DNA of 64,000 nucleotides, taken from positions 1-64,000 of the IMG/VR virus record IMGVR_UViG_3300020385_000006, one strand, 5' to 3'. Origin of the DNA: an uncultured virus (IMG/VR IMGVR_UViG_3300020385_000006) (Duplodnaviria; Heunggongvirae; Uroviricota; Caudoviricetes). Positions 49,712-59,205 of this stretch are shown here, piece by piece. A model generated the notes under the pieces. The model was not told the origin of the DNA and made no database searches. It saw nothing but the letters and a program-made list of their open reading frames with translations. A program made the position numbers and the translations under genes. Every line of letters starts with the position of its first letter. The first letter of the stretch is position 1.

Positions 49712-50931
49712 TAAAATAATTCCAATTGAGGTGTTCGTTCTTTTATTTTATTATCAACGTCTTGATATAATAATTCTTCGCAATATTCTTTTTCATGCCA
49801 TACATTGATCTCTTTATCATAGTCACGCGCTATAATATATCCTTCCATTTTTCTACCTAGGTCAGATGTTTCACTGATATCAAAATGTCTTCTAGGATTA
49901 GCAATTGCCGTTTCCAATGTATCTACTGCTGATTGTAAATCAAATGGTTTATACAATCTATCTTGATCGATAAATTCTGGGAAACTTCTAAAATCTGGGA
50001 ACACTATATCAGCACCAAACATAGTCGATTCAATTACTGTCCATGATACATAATCTTGTAGTGATGAATTAAACTGCACTCTACAAGTTGACAATTCTAT
50101 ATAATATTCTTCTTTAGTTAATCCAGATAACAATTTGAATCTAGGCTGTTCTTTTGCCATTTCATTTAACGCATCCATAACACCGGGTAACATACTTCTA
50201 AATGATTTACCAGATGTAGTAACATGCCATTCATAATCTGGATTTTCATTTAGAAATTCTTCAGCTACACGCATCATGAAGAAAGGATTCTTTTCTTTAT
50301 CTAATCGAGATGAATATACAATTACATTTTTCTTTTCTACTTCATCGCCATTAGCTGTATACCAATCCTTTAGTACGCCACATGCTTGTTTTAAATGTAT
50401 TGGCAATGATACAACATGTATAGGAGCTTCAAATCCTGCTTCACGAAGTTGTTCTTTATGAACCGTACTTCCAACAAATATACCAGTTAATCGTTTATCT
50501 AATCCTAATTCATAAGGTCGCATCCAATCACGCATTGGATAAGTGAAATCATATTCATCAACTGATTGTGCATGACACATTGTATATACTTTTATATCTT
50601 TATAGCCATACAGGTCTAATGCATACCATATGGCTTCGACTCCTGGTGTCCAATAGTCTTGCAAGAATATTATATCACCGTCTTGTACTTTATCGTTATA
50701 CAGTAGATTTAAGAAGTTTTGGCATTGAGATAAACTGTATTTACCTCTACCAATTGCATCTAATACCGCGCCAACTTTGATTTCACAATCTGGGTCAAAG
50801 TCTCCTTCAATATCTACAAAGTTAAGATCAGGATATTCTGCAAATGTTTTTGGCATCCATTCTTTACATAACTGATATGTATATCTAGCCTTTAAAGGTT
50901 CAAGGCCAAAATAAAATAAATTTCTTTTCAT
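49711..50931 (-). CDS. GT-B glycosyltransferase coupled to dpdA (start revised to MKRNLF)
   Basis: SSRLDKEKNP, FNSSLQDYVSWTVIE, PDFRSFPE; stop overlaps the dpdA start (TAATG). Confidence 0.75.
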   Translation of the reverse strand: MKRNLFYFGLEPLKARYTYQLCKEWMPKTFAEYPDLNFVDIEGDFDPDCEIKVGAVLDAIGRGKYSLSQCQNFLNLLYNDKVQDGDIIFLQDYWTPGVEAIWYALDLYGYKDIKVYTMCHAQSVDEYDFTYPMRDWMRPYELGLDKRLTGIFVGSTVHKEQLREAGFEAPIHVVSLPIHLKQACGVLKDWYTANGDEVEKKNVIVYSSRLDKEKNPFFMMRVAEEFLNENPDYEWHVTTSGKSFRSMLPGVMDALNEMAKEQPRFKLLSGLTKEEYYIELSTCRVQFNSSLQDYVSWTVIESTMFGADIVFPDFRSFPEFIDQDRLYKPFDLQSAVDTLETAIANPRRHFDISETSDLGRKMEGYIIARDYDKEINVWHEKEYCEELLYQDVDNKIKERTPQLELF

Positions 50932-50932
50932 A

Positions 50933-51352
50933 TTACTCTTCTGTTCTATCAAATTTATAATCATCTGGATTAATTTCCATCATATTGCATTTTGTAATCT
51001 GATGCACTCTATACCATCCAGCATCAATTGATAATGTATCTGTATTCTTTAATTTGGCAACAAATTCATCTTGTATTCTATATATAACATGTGCTCTATT
51101 AAAGATAGACATTGGAATCTTAGCCATAGTTTTTGAATTGGCTTCAACAGTTACATATTGCCGCGTCTCTAAAATATTATGAATATCATCCCAATTACCA
51201 TGGGTACAACACATTTCAATATATTCAATTGTAAAATATACATGAGGATATTCTTTATAATTTTTAGGTAATTGACCTCTAACAAAAACCGTTTCGATAT
51301 CAGACAATCTGCCTTCTACCTCTTTACCATACCAGTAACTTTTTCCGTACAT
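50933..51352 (-). CDS. conserved hypothetical protein upstream of GT-dpdA
   Basis: WYGKEVEG, TVFVRG, HVYF, DDYKFD; first gene after the promoter at 51370-51401. Confidence 0.75.
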   Translation of the reverse strand: MYGKSYWYGKEVEGRLSDIETVFVRGQLPKNYKEYPHVYFTIEYIEMCCTHGNWDDIHNILETRQYVTVEANSKTMAKIPMSIFNRAHVIYRIQDEFVAKLKNTDTLSIDAGWYRVHQITKCNMMEINPDDYKFDRTEE

Positions 51353-51369
51353 ATCTTTTTTATTTTTAT

Positions 51370-51401
51370 TTAATATAAGAAATCTTTTTTAGATAACCAA
51401 A
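51370..51401 (-). promoter_or_regulatory. sigmaA-type promoter for the hyp-GT-dpdA-clamp unit
   Basis: TTTG-N20-TATATTAA. Confidence 0.7.
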
Positions 51402-53879
51402 TTAAAATGAGAAAAACTTTCCTAAATTATTATTTTCTGGAATCAATCCCCAATTCATAGCACTATAAAAATCATTTAACTTATTTGCAAACGCCGATTT
51501 AAATACTTTGTCATAATCTATATGACCTTGTACAAAATCTGCCAATGGTTTAGGATCATCATAACCTTTTAATGCCATTGTATCTAATCCCATAGGATTG
51601 TTTTTAAGATATGTCCACTTAATTTTTTCTCCATTTATAATACCACGTATAGTTTTAACTTTATGATGTTTCAACATATCATTATAATTTAATGCAGACT
51701 TCACATGGACCGGAGTTCCTTTCATACGTACTGCAAATGGTTTATCGCCCTTACGTATATACTTTTTAATATTTTTAACTCCTATAGGAAACATAACATC
51801 TATCAATTCCAACGTCTTCATATGTTCTTTAAAGTCTAATATTTTTTGATCTAATGCAGGCTTATCAATATCATTCAACATATCTTCTAATACCTCAGCC
51901 ATAAACTTTCTAAATGAAGGCGGAAATGATGATCGCACCACATCTAAGCCTTTGACATCTAGTTTTGATACTGTATGGCCTTCAACATTAATTATCCATT
52001 GAGCGTATCGTTTTTTGGCTATCCATAGACCTGCCTTTGCAACATTCTCTTTCTTGATATCAAAACGATGTTTATCAACATTATGAAATTTCTTACCATA
52101 TATATCATATGATTTATTCATAAAGCTTTGAACCTCATCTGCAATTTCAATAGTTTTATCAGACATCCATTTTTCATCAGTAATATCATAACCCGGATAC
52201 CGTTTTTCTATTAATGGTAATGATGAAAAGAATACAGAATCTGTATCAATGTATATATTATAATCTTTCTTTTTGCCTAACTCTTTAAAATAAAACTGGT
52301 TGCCTATATCAGCTGTGAACTTAATTAATTGCTGCCCAGTACTTGTAATTGCAATTGCATTATCTGGATCGAAGAATCGGAAACTAGGGTTACCTAATAC
52401 TCCATAGAATGAATTCAAAAGAATTTTAGTTACCAACTGCATTCTATCAAAATATTCTGCCTTAGCATCATCTCCTTCCTTTTCATACTTCTTACGAAGA
52501 TTTTTATATTCAACACGTTCATTGAACCATTTATCTAGTATAGATGGTAAAAATCCTTTTATCTGCGTATCATATACAACTCCATTAGCTGCTACAGAAT
52601 ATTTATTTGATTCCAAATAATTTCTTAGATCTTGAGATGTTTCCCAACCATTCCAGCCATCCGAATAATGAGTACCAGTATTCTTAACGTAACCTTTAGG
52701 ATCAAATTTTTCTAACTTAGTTACTTTGGTTTCTGGTGATATGTTAAGTGTCATGATGATACTAGGATATAGTGATGTTAAATCAAGGTCATATACCCAT
52801 TTATAACGACCTGCATTTGGTGGTTTAACATATGCCCCTAATAAATTTAATTCTTCATTAGATCTAGGAGGACGGCTAGGTGATACAATATTCATACGTT
52901 TCATATATGTCAATGCCGCACCATCTAAGTATCTAGTTGGAAATAAGAAGTCTTCGTAAGGAACATGCCCTTTATGACATATACCACGAGCCAAATCAAT
53001 CAGCTTCATTTTTTGATCAATTTCCCAAACCAAATCCACATCATTCATGTTATAATCAATGTAACCTTGAATATCATTACGCATAAGATCATCTAAAGTA
53101 CCTTCATACTTCATTTTACCTTTACCTAATTCTTTTTGAGATATAGCTTCTAATGAATAACTAGATTCTTGAGAATATGTAAAGTTCTTATACAATGCCA
53201 TATAATCTAAACATGATACTCCAGATATACGGTATCTATTTCTATGCTTTAGCCAAATAACGTCTTTGATAGGAGATAATGATCTTGCTTGTTCTTCACC
53301 TAATATCTGAACCATACGATTATAAAGATAAGGAATATCAAAGAAATCAATGTTCCATCCAGTTATAATAGTAGGTTGTATTTCATAATATTTGTATAAG
53401 AATTTTTGTAATAAAGTATGTTCATTGCTACATGATACTACTTCATACCCAGGCTTAGATACATTTTCAACTACCTGATCTTTATCCAATATCCATACAT
53501 ACCTTTGGTCACCAGCTTCATCATATATTGCAATTGAAGTTACTTCATTCTGAGCCTCTTCTGGAGTTGGAAATCCATTTGCAATATCTACCTCAATATC
53601 AATGAACAATGTTCTATGACCTACTGATGATTCATCTGAATCTGTATACGTATCAATTAAAGTGCGCATTTCCGGATTGATATCAGCCTCATATAATCCA
53701 GTTTCTTCGCGATCCGGATTATCAACGCGTTGCACAGTTTGCCCATCTAACGCAACCATATTTCCATATGTAGCTTTACGATATGCATATGGTTTATAAT
53801 TAATAGTGAAATGACCTTTCTTATCATCCCAAATATGTACCTTATTAGTACGTTTATGATATGCTACTGCTTGATACAT
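51402..53879 (-). CDS. polB: family B DNA polymerase (gp43-like)
   Basis: ExoI DIE, ExoII GWNIDFFD, ExoIII YNMND; DLTSLYPSI, KILLNSFYG, YIDTDS, KKRY. Confidence 0.95.
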   Translation of the reverse strand: MYQAVAYHKRTNKVHIWDDKKGHFTINYKPYAYRKATYGNMVALDGQTVQRVDNPDREETGLYEADINPEMRTLIDTYTDSDESSVGHRTLFIDIEVDIANGFPTPEEAQNEVTSIAIYDEAGDQRYVWILDKDQVVENVSKPGYEVVSCSNEHTLLQKFLYKYYEIQPTIITGWNIDFFDIPYLYNRMVQILGEEQARSLSPIKDVIWLKHRNRYRISGVSCLDYMALYKNFTYSQESSYSLEAISQKELGKGKMKYEGTLDDLMRNDIQGYIDYNMNDVDLVWEIDQKMKLIDLARGICHKGHVPYEDFLFPTRYLDGAALTYMKRMNIVSPSRPPRSNEELNLLGAYVKPPNAGRYKWVYDLDLTSLYPSIIMTLNISPETKVTKLEKFDPKGYVKNTGTHYSDGWNGWETSQDLRNYLESNKYSVAANGVVYDTQIKGFLPSILDKWFNERVEYKNLRKKYEKEGDDAKAEYFDRMQLVTKILLNSFYGVLGNPSFRFFDPDNAIAITSTGQQLIKFTADIGNQFYFKELGKKKDYNIYIDTDSVFFSSLPLIEKRYPGYDITDEKWMSDKTIEIADEVQSFMNKSYDIYGKKFHNVDKHRFDIKKENVAKAGLWIAKKRYAQWIINVEGHTVSKLDVKGLDVVRSSFPPSFRKFMAEVLEDMLNDIDKPALDQKILDFKEHMKTLELIDVMFPIGVKNIKKYIRKGDKPFAVRMKGTPVHVKSALNYNDMLKHHKVKTIRGIINGEKIKWTYLKNNPMGLDTMALKGYDDPKPLADFVQGHIDYDKVFKSAFANKLNDFYSAMNWGLIPENNNLGKFFSF

Positions 53880-54385
53880 TAATTAATCTTATATATATTT
53901 CTATAATTTCTTTTCAACGAATTATCATCTAATCCGTACCCTACTACCCATTCTTTATCAATTTCAAAACAAAAATGATCTACTGGTGGGCTATCTTCTT
54001 TACGTTTGAGTAATGTAACTACCTTTACCTCATCAGGTGTCATATCATCGACACGTCTTAATATTTCTGCCATAGTTGCGCCGGTATCTACAATGTCATC
54101 GATAATATAAACACGTTTACCTTTACAATGAATTTCTAAATCTTTAGTGATATTAACTCCTCCAGAATTATCTTGACCTTCATATGATTTAGCTCGAATA
54201 AAATCCATTTGCACATCAATACCCATATCTTTCATTAGGTCTGCAAAAAATGCATAACCGCCATTTAGTACACATATCATTACAGGTGGATATGAATTTC
54301 CAGAAGCTTTATGTTCTTCCGATATTGCATGTGCTAAAGCACGAACACGACGTTCTATTTTATATTCTGGTATTAGAATTTCCAT
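53879..54385 (-). CDS. hpt: hypoxanthine-guanine phosphoribosyltransferase
   Basis: VLNGG, KSY, IIDDIVDTGAT, VVGYGLD, RN. Confidence 0.9.
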   Translation of the reverse strand: MEILIPEYKIERRVRALAHAISEEHKASGNSYPPVMICVLNGGYAFFADLMKDMGIDVQMDFIRAKSYEGQDNSGGVNITKDLEIHCKGKRVYIIDDIVDTGATMAEILRRVDDMTPDEVKVVTLLKRKEDSPPVDHFCFEIDKEWVVGYGLDDNSLKRNYRNIYKIN

Positions 54386-55044
54386 TAATATCCTTTTATA
54401 AATTCATAATACTCTGCTCTTGTAGAAGGATCATTTTTAAATGCACCAGTTAACTTACTAGTCTTCATACTTGCACCGCCATGTTTAACACCTCTACATT
54501 GTACACAATTATGAGATGCATCAATCATTACTGCTACACCTGCATTATCTTCGATAATAGTATTCACTGCATGATGAATTGCAACTGTCAATTGTTCTTG
54601 TATAGCACCTCTTCTACCAAAATGTTCTACCAATCTATTTAATTTAGATAAACCAATCACATGACTATCTTTACCAGGAATATATGCAACATGTACTATA
54701 CCCATAATAGTTTGATGATGATGAGAACACATCGAAGTTAATGGAATGCCACCTTCAAATACCATACCATCATATCCATCACTTGGAAATGTTGTTATTG
54801 CAGGAGGAGCTTCATATCTTCCTGCCCATAAATCATTTACATATGCTTTTGCAACTCTATAAGGAGTTTTATCTGAATTAGGATCTTCTCTCCAATTCAC
54901 TTTCAATGCATCTAAAAATTGTCCAAATGCTAATTCAGCATCGGCAATCATTGCTTGTTTTTCACTCTCTGTTAAAGGACGTCCTTCAGCTGCTCCATTT
55001 GCATATCCGGCCTTTACTAGTTCTATATTTATCGAGTTTTTCAT
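54385..55044 (-). CDS. folE: GTP cyclohydrolase I
   Basis: TPYRVAK, SMCSHH, GLSKLNR, IQEQLT, HNCVQCRGV. Confidence 0.95.
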   Translation of the reverse strand: MKNSINIELVKAGYANGAAEGRPLTESEKQAMIADAELAFGQFLDALKVNWREDPNSDKTPYRVAKAYVNDLWAGRYEAPPAITTFPSDGYDGMVFEGGIPLTSMCSHHHQTIMGIVHVAYIPGKDSHVIGLSKLNRLVEHFGRRGAIQEQLTVAIHHAVNTIIEDNAGVAVMIDASHNCVQCRGVKHGGASMKTSKLTGAFKNDPSTRAEYYEFIKGY

Positions 55045-55045
55045 T

Positions 55046-55348
55046 CTAAACCTTTTCTGTTGATACCATTACTATTTCTGATTCTCTGAGAAGTACATAT
55101 GTATCTTCTTCTAATTTAATCTGATTATGCTGTTTAGCAGATTGATTAGTTACCATAACCGTATCACCTACTTTTACCGTTACTGGAATACGATCACCCG
55201 TCTGCGTAAATAATCCAGGTCCGGCAGCAACTACATCTGCTTGAACATGATTTGTAGTATTACTAGTTAAAATAATACCACCTTTGGTCGTTTCTTGACC
55301 TTCATGAGTTTTTAGGAGTACAAAATCTCCCATTGGTTTCATTTTCAT
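55046..55348 (-). CDS. groES: co-chaperonin GroES
   Basis: KPMGDFVL, TTKGGIIL, VAAGPG, VKVGD, LRESEI. Confidence 0.9.
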   Translation of the reverse strand: MKMKPMGDFVLLKTHEGQETTKGGIILTSNTTNHVQADVVAAGPGLFTQTGDRIPVTVKVGDTVMVTNQSAKQHNQIKLEEDTYVLLRESEIVMVSTEKV

Positions 55349-55359
55349 ATAACTTTCCT

Positions 55360-56133
55360 TTAAACTGCTCGTTCTGTATCAAATGCAATGATATGATCTC
55401 TACCTGTCATGTTATAACCATGTTCGGCACATAATTCAAACACCATTGGATACATTTTAATTAATTGTTCTCGCGTATCACCCGCCGGCATAATATATGT
55501 TTTATTTTTAGGTATTCCTAATTCAACTCTATATGATTCTATTTCATGTAAATTTTCTTGAGTACCATCCCATACTGGTTTATAATGGTAATCTGAATGA
55601 AAACTAATCATTTGGTTAATGGCATCCGTATTCATTCGTCGTTTATTGTGAATATCGATAAATCGTTGGTCAACAACCGTACCACCAGGAGTAACAGCCC
55701 CAATAACAGGAACGGAATTACTAAACTTAGGACTAAGGCTAATAAGATCAATAGGATAATCGGTTTCAACAAAATGTGATCCTTCAGTTTCAATAGTAAT
55801 AATAATACCTCTTTCATGTGCAAAATGTGTTAATTCATTTACCAATGCAGGCTGCATTGTAGGAGATCCGCCGGTTAGCATCATTTCTTTTATATGTGGA
55901 TTCTCATCATATATTTTAATTATATCATTAAAAGAATATTTACCTTTTTCTGGATGTATTGAAGAATACCAGGAATCACACCAACCTCCTTCTCCAAAAT
56001 AACATCTATGAGTACAACCTGTAGTTCTGATTGCTATCGTTGGTCTACCAAATCTACTACCTTCTGATTGTACACATCTATATAATTCGTTGATAGGGAG
56101 TACCTTATCATAATTTTTTATTCGTTTATTCAT
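55360..56133 (-). CDS. queE: 7-carboxy-7-deazaguanine synthase (radical SAM)
   Basis: VQSEG, RTTGCTHRC-WCDS, LTGGSP, IETEG, SPK. Confidence 0.9.
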   Translation of the reverse strand: MNKRIKNYDKVLPINELYRCVQSEGSRFGRPTIAIRTTGCTHRCYFGEGGWCDSWYSSIHPEKGKYSFNDIIKIYDENPHIKEMMLTGGSPTMQPALVNELTHFAHERGIIITIETEGSHFVETDYPIDLISLSPKFSNSVPVIGAVTPGGTVVDQRFIDIHNKRRMNTDAINQMISFHSDYHYKPVWDGTQENLHEIESYRVELGIPKNKTYIMPAGDTREQLIKMYPMVFELCAEHGYNMTGRDHIIAFDTERAV

Positions 56134-56136
56134 AAC

Positions 56137-56625
56137 TTATTCCATGTATATTGATGAATTTCTATCAGCTTCCCAACATTCTACTTTTACTACCTTTACT
56201 CTACCACCACCTGTTAATGCCATTCGTTCGTTAAATTTATCGTAAACTAATTTAGCACAAGATTCAGCTCCCATTTTATCCATAACTCGTAAAGATAATG
56301 TACCTAATTCTTCCATCATTTGAAACGATTCTAGTTGAGGATCATCTTTCTCTATTAAACATGTATGATCCCACATATAGTTCATCCAATCTTTTAATCC
56401 ATTACCAGGAGTTGGCTCTGCATCTGTTGATTTGAATCCACCATAATCCATAATCCAATTCATTTCATCTAATTGGTTTTCTTCTAGCGGCTCATGTGAT
56501 TCAAACCATACTTTAAATTTTAAAGCATATCCATGTAATAATTCGCAATGTGAATGAGCAGCTTTATGTTGTCGCAATGCTACCGAATAATTATCGAATA
56601 CTTTAGTTGATTGATACTTTCCCAT
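56137..56625 (-). CDS. queD: 6-carboxytetrahydropterin synthase (start revised to MGKYQS)
   Basis: HSHCELLHGY, WIMDYG, WDHT, GAESCA, VECWE. Confidence 0.88.
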   Translation of the reverse strand: MGKYQSTKVFDNYSVALRQHKAAHSHCELLHGYALKFKVWFESHEPLEENQLDEMNWIMDYGGFKSTDAEPTPGNGLKDWMNYMWDHTCLIEKDDPQLESFQMMEELGTLSLRVMDKMGAESCAKLVYDKFNERMALTGGGRVKVVKVECWEADRNSSIYME

Positions 56626-56626
56626 A

Positions 56627-56923
56627 CTATTCCTTTGAATATGTCCATGCCATCCAATACTTTTTACCATGTAATAGATGAGATGCTGTTTTAGCAATAT
56701 GACCTGCAAAATCAGCCATATAATTTAATAATTCCGCTTCACTTGTAAACATAGTAAAGTTATCTGCATATGGATAATAATCTGCAAATGTAATACCGCT
56801 AAACTTTACCGATCGATCATTAACTGTTTCAAATGCCATTGTTCGTAAATACTCTTGATCGTAGTGAGCCAATTTACGAAAATCAAACGTCATTTCAACG
56901 TCTTTAAATTTAAAATTTTCCAT
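56627..56923 (-). CDS. hypothetical protein
   Basis: ORF track 98 aa. Confidence 0.65.
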   Translation of the reverse strand: MENFKFKDVEMTFDFRKLAHYDQEYLRTMAFETVNDRSVKFSGITFADYYPYADNFTMFTSEAELLNYMADFAGHIAKTASHLLHGKKYWMAWTYSKE

Positions 56924-56927
56924 GTAA

Positions 56928-57110
56928 CTAATTGTTTTTTAAATATTCTTCTTTTGCAACTAACTCGCCGGCAGCATGGTCATATACCATTCCATCAATA
57001 ATTGATAATTCATTTAATGTTAAATCAATTTGATAATTACATTCGGTATCTGTAATTAAACCATTTGCATAACCGTTAATTAATTCTAGTACTTGATTTT
57101 CTTTTGACAT
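56928..57110 (-). CDS. hypothetical protein
   Basis: ORF track 60 aa. Confidence 0.65.
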   Translation of the reverse strand: MSKENQVLELINGYANGLITDTECNYQIDLTLNELSIIDGMVYDHAAGELVAKEEYLKNN

Positions 57111-57133
57111 ATCTCTTACTTTTATAATTTATA

Positions 57134-57165
57134 TAAATATAAGAAATATATTTGACTCTACCAAA
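57134..57165 (-). promoter_or_regulatory. sigmaA-type promoter upstream of hyp-hyp-queD-queE-groES-folE-hpt-polB
   Basis: TTTG-N20-TATATTTA with upstream AAAAAGCTATAAAAAGA. Confidence 0.75.
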
Positions 57166-57219
57166 TCTTTTTATAGCTTTTTCCAGATAAATTCTCTATA
57201 ATACAAGTCTCGAATCCAA

Positions 57220-59076
57220 TCATGTGATTTCACAACTCCCTCCAGCACATGCCAATTCACCTTTCAAATCAGTTTCATCTTCTGTTTCAATTATTTCTGT
57301 TAAATCTATAGATGTTAATGATCCCATGAGACGCTCATATTCTTCTTTGGTGATATCTTCAAATGGTGCCTGAGTATATGTTCCTCCATTATATGGTAAT
57401 ACTGATAATCCATTATATGATTCTTTATTGTCCCACATCCATTCTCCGGCTGCATCCCATTCATGATCTCGTAACGATATTGTAGCTGATACATTATGAG
57501 TATTATTACCAGATCTATGGCCAGGTTTGATCCATTCCTGTGCTACCTTTTTAACTCTTTCTAGTAATTGGAACGGGGATTCAGTTCTCATAATAGCACC
57601 ATCTGGAGATTTTTGTGGTACAGAAATAACTGCGGTATCATGAGGTCTAAAGTATTCATCCTCTACCAATTCTGGGTGATGTTCCATTAAATGTTTATAA
57701 ATAGATTCATTTTTACCAACTCGTATTCTTCTGATATAATAATCGTTATGCCATGCATGAATACCTGATGATGTTCCTAATGTTAACGAAGTTGTTCCAG
57801 CCGGTTTAACGGTAGTTGTTCTAGCCGATTTGTTTATTCCAATTAACTCAGCCACTCTTGCATTTTCTGTTTTTACAATTTTAGCGGCGGATTTCATATC
57901 ATATCCTAATACTGTACCAGAACCTATACCAGTCATTGATACGCCAATCAATGCATCTTTTTCGGTTGTTCTTTGCCATACTGGTCTTAAATAATGAAAA
58001 TCTGTATATCCGGCTTGGAGTGTTCCAATAAACGACGCTACTTTTACTCGAGCTTCAAAATCTTCTTGCGATTCAATATTGGATACATTTACTTCACATA
58101 AGTTACAAAATTGATATGGTCTTAATGCAATTTCACAACATGGGTTAGTTCCCCAATCTTTGTCATTTGATAGATATATTCCAGGTTCACCTGCACCAGA
58201 TAATTCAACACGTTTCCATAAATCTGTAAAGAACTCTTTGGTAATTTTATGACGCATTAAAACTGCGGAATTATTAGCTCTACCTCTTTGAGGATTCAAT
58301 TCCCACCAATTACCTGACTTACATGCAATCATTTCTTCGTCATGAGCACTAAACAAGCTAATCAGAGCCGCTCTACGAATTCCGCCGGCTAATACAGCAT
58401 CTGCTATATGACATACCACATCATGTGTTTCCAATGTTGATAATTTATCACCATCTGCTTTTTCTTTCAATAATCCTTCTATCTTAACTAAACATTCTTT
58501 AAGAGGTTGAGGTCCTGGAGCTTTACCACCCGAAGTTACCAATCTCGCACCTTTAGGTCGTATATCAGAATAATCAAATTTTAAATGAGAACCGCCTGTA
58601 AAATAATTTTTCATTAATGCCTTTACTGCATCAGCCCAACCTTCAATTGAATCTGCGATTAGAAATCTTCGAGTTCTTTTATAATTAGGTTTTCTAATTT
58701 CAGGTAATTCATCTACATGGTGTTTTTGAACCGAATATCCTACGCCTGTACCTCCTAATAACAGAAACATTGCTTCAGAAAATGCTCTCCAATCATCGAT
58801 AGGAACATATGCACAATTGTAAACTCTATTTGGAGATATTTCAATAGGCTTACCTGCAAATTGCATTGACCTCATCGATGGTAATACCTTTTTATCATAT
58901 ACCATTTCATACGCATCATTAATTTCTTTAGCCAATTTTGGATATTTTTTAAGATGCATTGATTTATTTCTTGTAACTAGTTCTTCCCAGGTTTCTCGTC
59001 GTTCTAGTTCTGGTATATACTTTGCATATTTCATATACACTGTAATATCTGATAAAATTTGATTTGATATTTCCAT
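57220..59076 (-). CDS. nrdJ: class II (AdoCbl-dependent) ribonucleotide reductase, monomeric RTPR type
   Basis: YNC, GTGVG, GGIRR, TNPCCEI, CNL, VKPAGT, C-terminal ACAGGSC; no beta subunit adjacent. Confidence 0.9.
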   Translation of the reverse strand: MEISNQILSDITVYMKYAKYIPELERRETWEELVTRNKSMHLKKYPKLAKEINDAYEMVYDKKVLPSMRSMQFAGKPIEISPNRVYNCAYVPIDDWRAFSEAMFLLLGGTGVGYSVQKHHVDELPEIRKPNYKRTRRFLIADSIEGWADAVKALMKNYFTGGSHLKFDYSDIRPKGARLVTSGGKAPGPQPLKECLVKIEGLLKEKADGDKLSTLETHDVVCHIADAVLAGGIRRAALISLFSAHDEEMIACKSGNWWELNPQRGRANNSAVLMRHKITKEFFTDLWKRVELSGAGEPGIYLSNDKDWGTNPCCEIALRPYQFCNLCEVNVSNIESQEDFEARVKVASFIGTLQAGYTDFHYLRPVWQRTTEKDALIGVSMTGIGSGTVLGYDMKSAAKIVKTENARVAELIGINKSARTTTVKPAGTTSLTLGTSSGIHAWHNDYYIRRIRVGKNESIYKHLMEHHPELVEDEYFRPHDTAVISVPQKSPDGAIMRTESPFQLLERVKKVAQEWIKPGHRSGNNTHNVSATISLRDHEWDAAGEWMWDNKESYNGLSVLPYNGGTYTQAPFEDITKEEYERLMGSLTSIDLTEIIETEDETDLKGELACAGGSCEIT

Positions 59077-59102
59077 TTTTTCCTTAAAATTATTTAGTTT
59101 AG

Positions 59103-59139
59103 CGTAAAAATGTAGTCTTTACGGACTACTTATTCTACG
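59103..59139 (-). promoter_or_regulatory. hairpin in the nrdJ leader
   Basis: CGTAGAA-TAA-GTAGTC-CGTAAA-GACTAC-AT-TTTTACG, starting 8 nt downstream of ATATTTATA (59148-59156). Confidence 0.45.
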
Positions 59140-59205
59140 ATTTCTCTTATAAATATACCAGTCAGCTCAATTGCGTACCGGTTTTTGACTACTTTTTTTA
59201 AACTT

